64,000 bases of DNA from Tubiluchus corallicola. Taxonomy: Eukaryota; Animalia; Priapulida. The notes under the pieces are model-generated. The model ran no database searches. It was not told the DNA's origin and saw nothing but the letters and a program-made list of their open reading frames with translations. Where the stretch lies: contig JAQGDQ010000148.1 of NCBI GenBank assembly GCA_030141605.1, positions 124,001 to 188,000 of the forward strand. The letters are read 5' to 3'. The translations under genes were made by a program, and so were the position numbers. Of this stretch, positions 63,500 to 64,000 are shown one piece after another (positions within the stretch are counted from its first letter, which is position 1; every line of letters begins with the position of its first letter).

Positions 63500-64000
63500 G
63501 ATCTGGATTTGTCAAGTCGTCTTTTAAAGAGGTCCGGACACCTTGCATTTTTACACGTGTACTCAACTTGTTCCAATCATTGGTGACCCGGAAAGTGAAG
63601 CAGTTCTTGTTGTTTTATTTAGGCTTACAGATCTTGCGCCCATCATCCCTATAGTTGACTTGAAAGTAATGTCAGGATTTAATTTGGTGTCATTGTTGAA
63701 AATTGGAAATGTGGTGGACATATTTCCACGTTTTCTTCTTTGTTGGAGTGATGTGTGTTTTAACCTCTGCATGCGTTCGGAATATGATAGATCATGCAAT
63801 GGTGGTACCAGCTTGGTTGCTTATCTCTGGGTGGTTTCGACCTTTCTGATGTATTCTAACCTGGCTGGGTACCATATTACGTCTGCATAATACATTACTG
63901 GACATACGAAGCTTTTGTAAAGGACTAAAAACATATTGCAATCTAGGTATGCGAATACCCTACGAATAGACCAAAGACGTTTCCGAACAACTTTAGAGAC
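63500..64000 (-). mobile_element. Decayed CR1-group LINE, ORF2 C-terminus (downstream of RT); continues past the right edge
   Basis: IRRVFAYLDCNMFLVLYKSFVCPVMYYADVIWYP...KVETTQR*ATKLVPPLHDLSYSERMQRLKHTSLQQRRKRGNM...FTFRVTNDWNKL...FKRRLDK. Matches the LYKSLVRP.LEY...W.P / ERVQRRATKLVP / LSYEERL / RRxRGD motifs, with a stop and frameshifts. Confidence 0.88.

Overview
AT-rich, intron-containing genomic DNA from an invertebrate animal, probably a protostome; there are no prokaryotic features. I reconstructed four protein-coding genes by hand from GT-AG sites and reading phase. (1) The 5' end of tyrosine hydroxylase (TH/pale) on the minus strand: a TATA+Inr promoter at about 2964-2994, a probable ATG-only first exon, and a regulatory-domain exon at 1099-1326 that the ORF track misses. 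The rest of the gene lies left of the window. (2) A + strand, probably GPI-anchored LRR surface protein (11564-13668). (3) A 6-coding-exon synaptotagmin, most like arthropod Syt-beta (37199-50118, +, about 589 aa). It has a linker full of repeated RERTDS phospho-motifs and a candidate X-box/TATA first exon 17 kb upstream. (4) An 8-coding-exon PRR5/Protor mTORC2 subunit (54479-61138, -, about 308 aa), convergent with the synaptotagmin. Non-coding DNA holds a tRNA-derived SINE, two decayed CR1-group LINE fragments, several MITE/TIR elements, a possible solo LTR, inverted minisatellite arrays, a long hairpin and microsatellites. The least explained item is a triplicated unit of about 120 nt carrying a 5S-rRNA-like internal promoter, upstream of TH. 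Family assignments come from remembered protein and repeat motifs, not database searches. Most ORFs in the supplied track are spurious.
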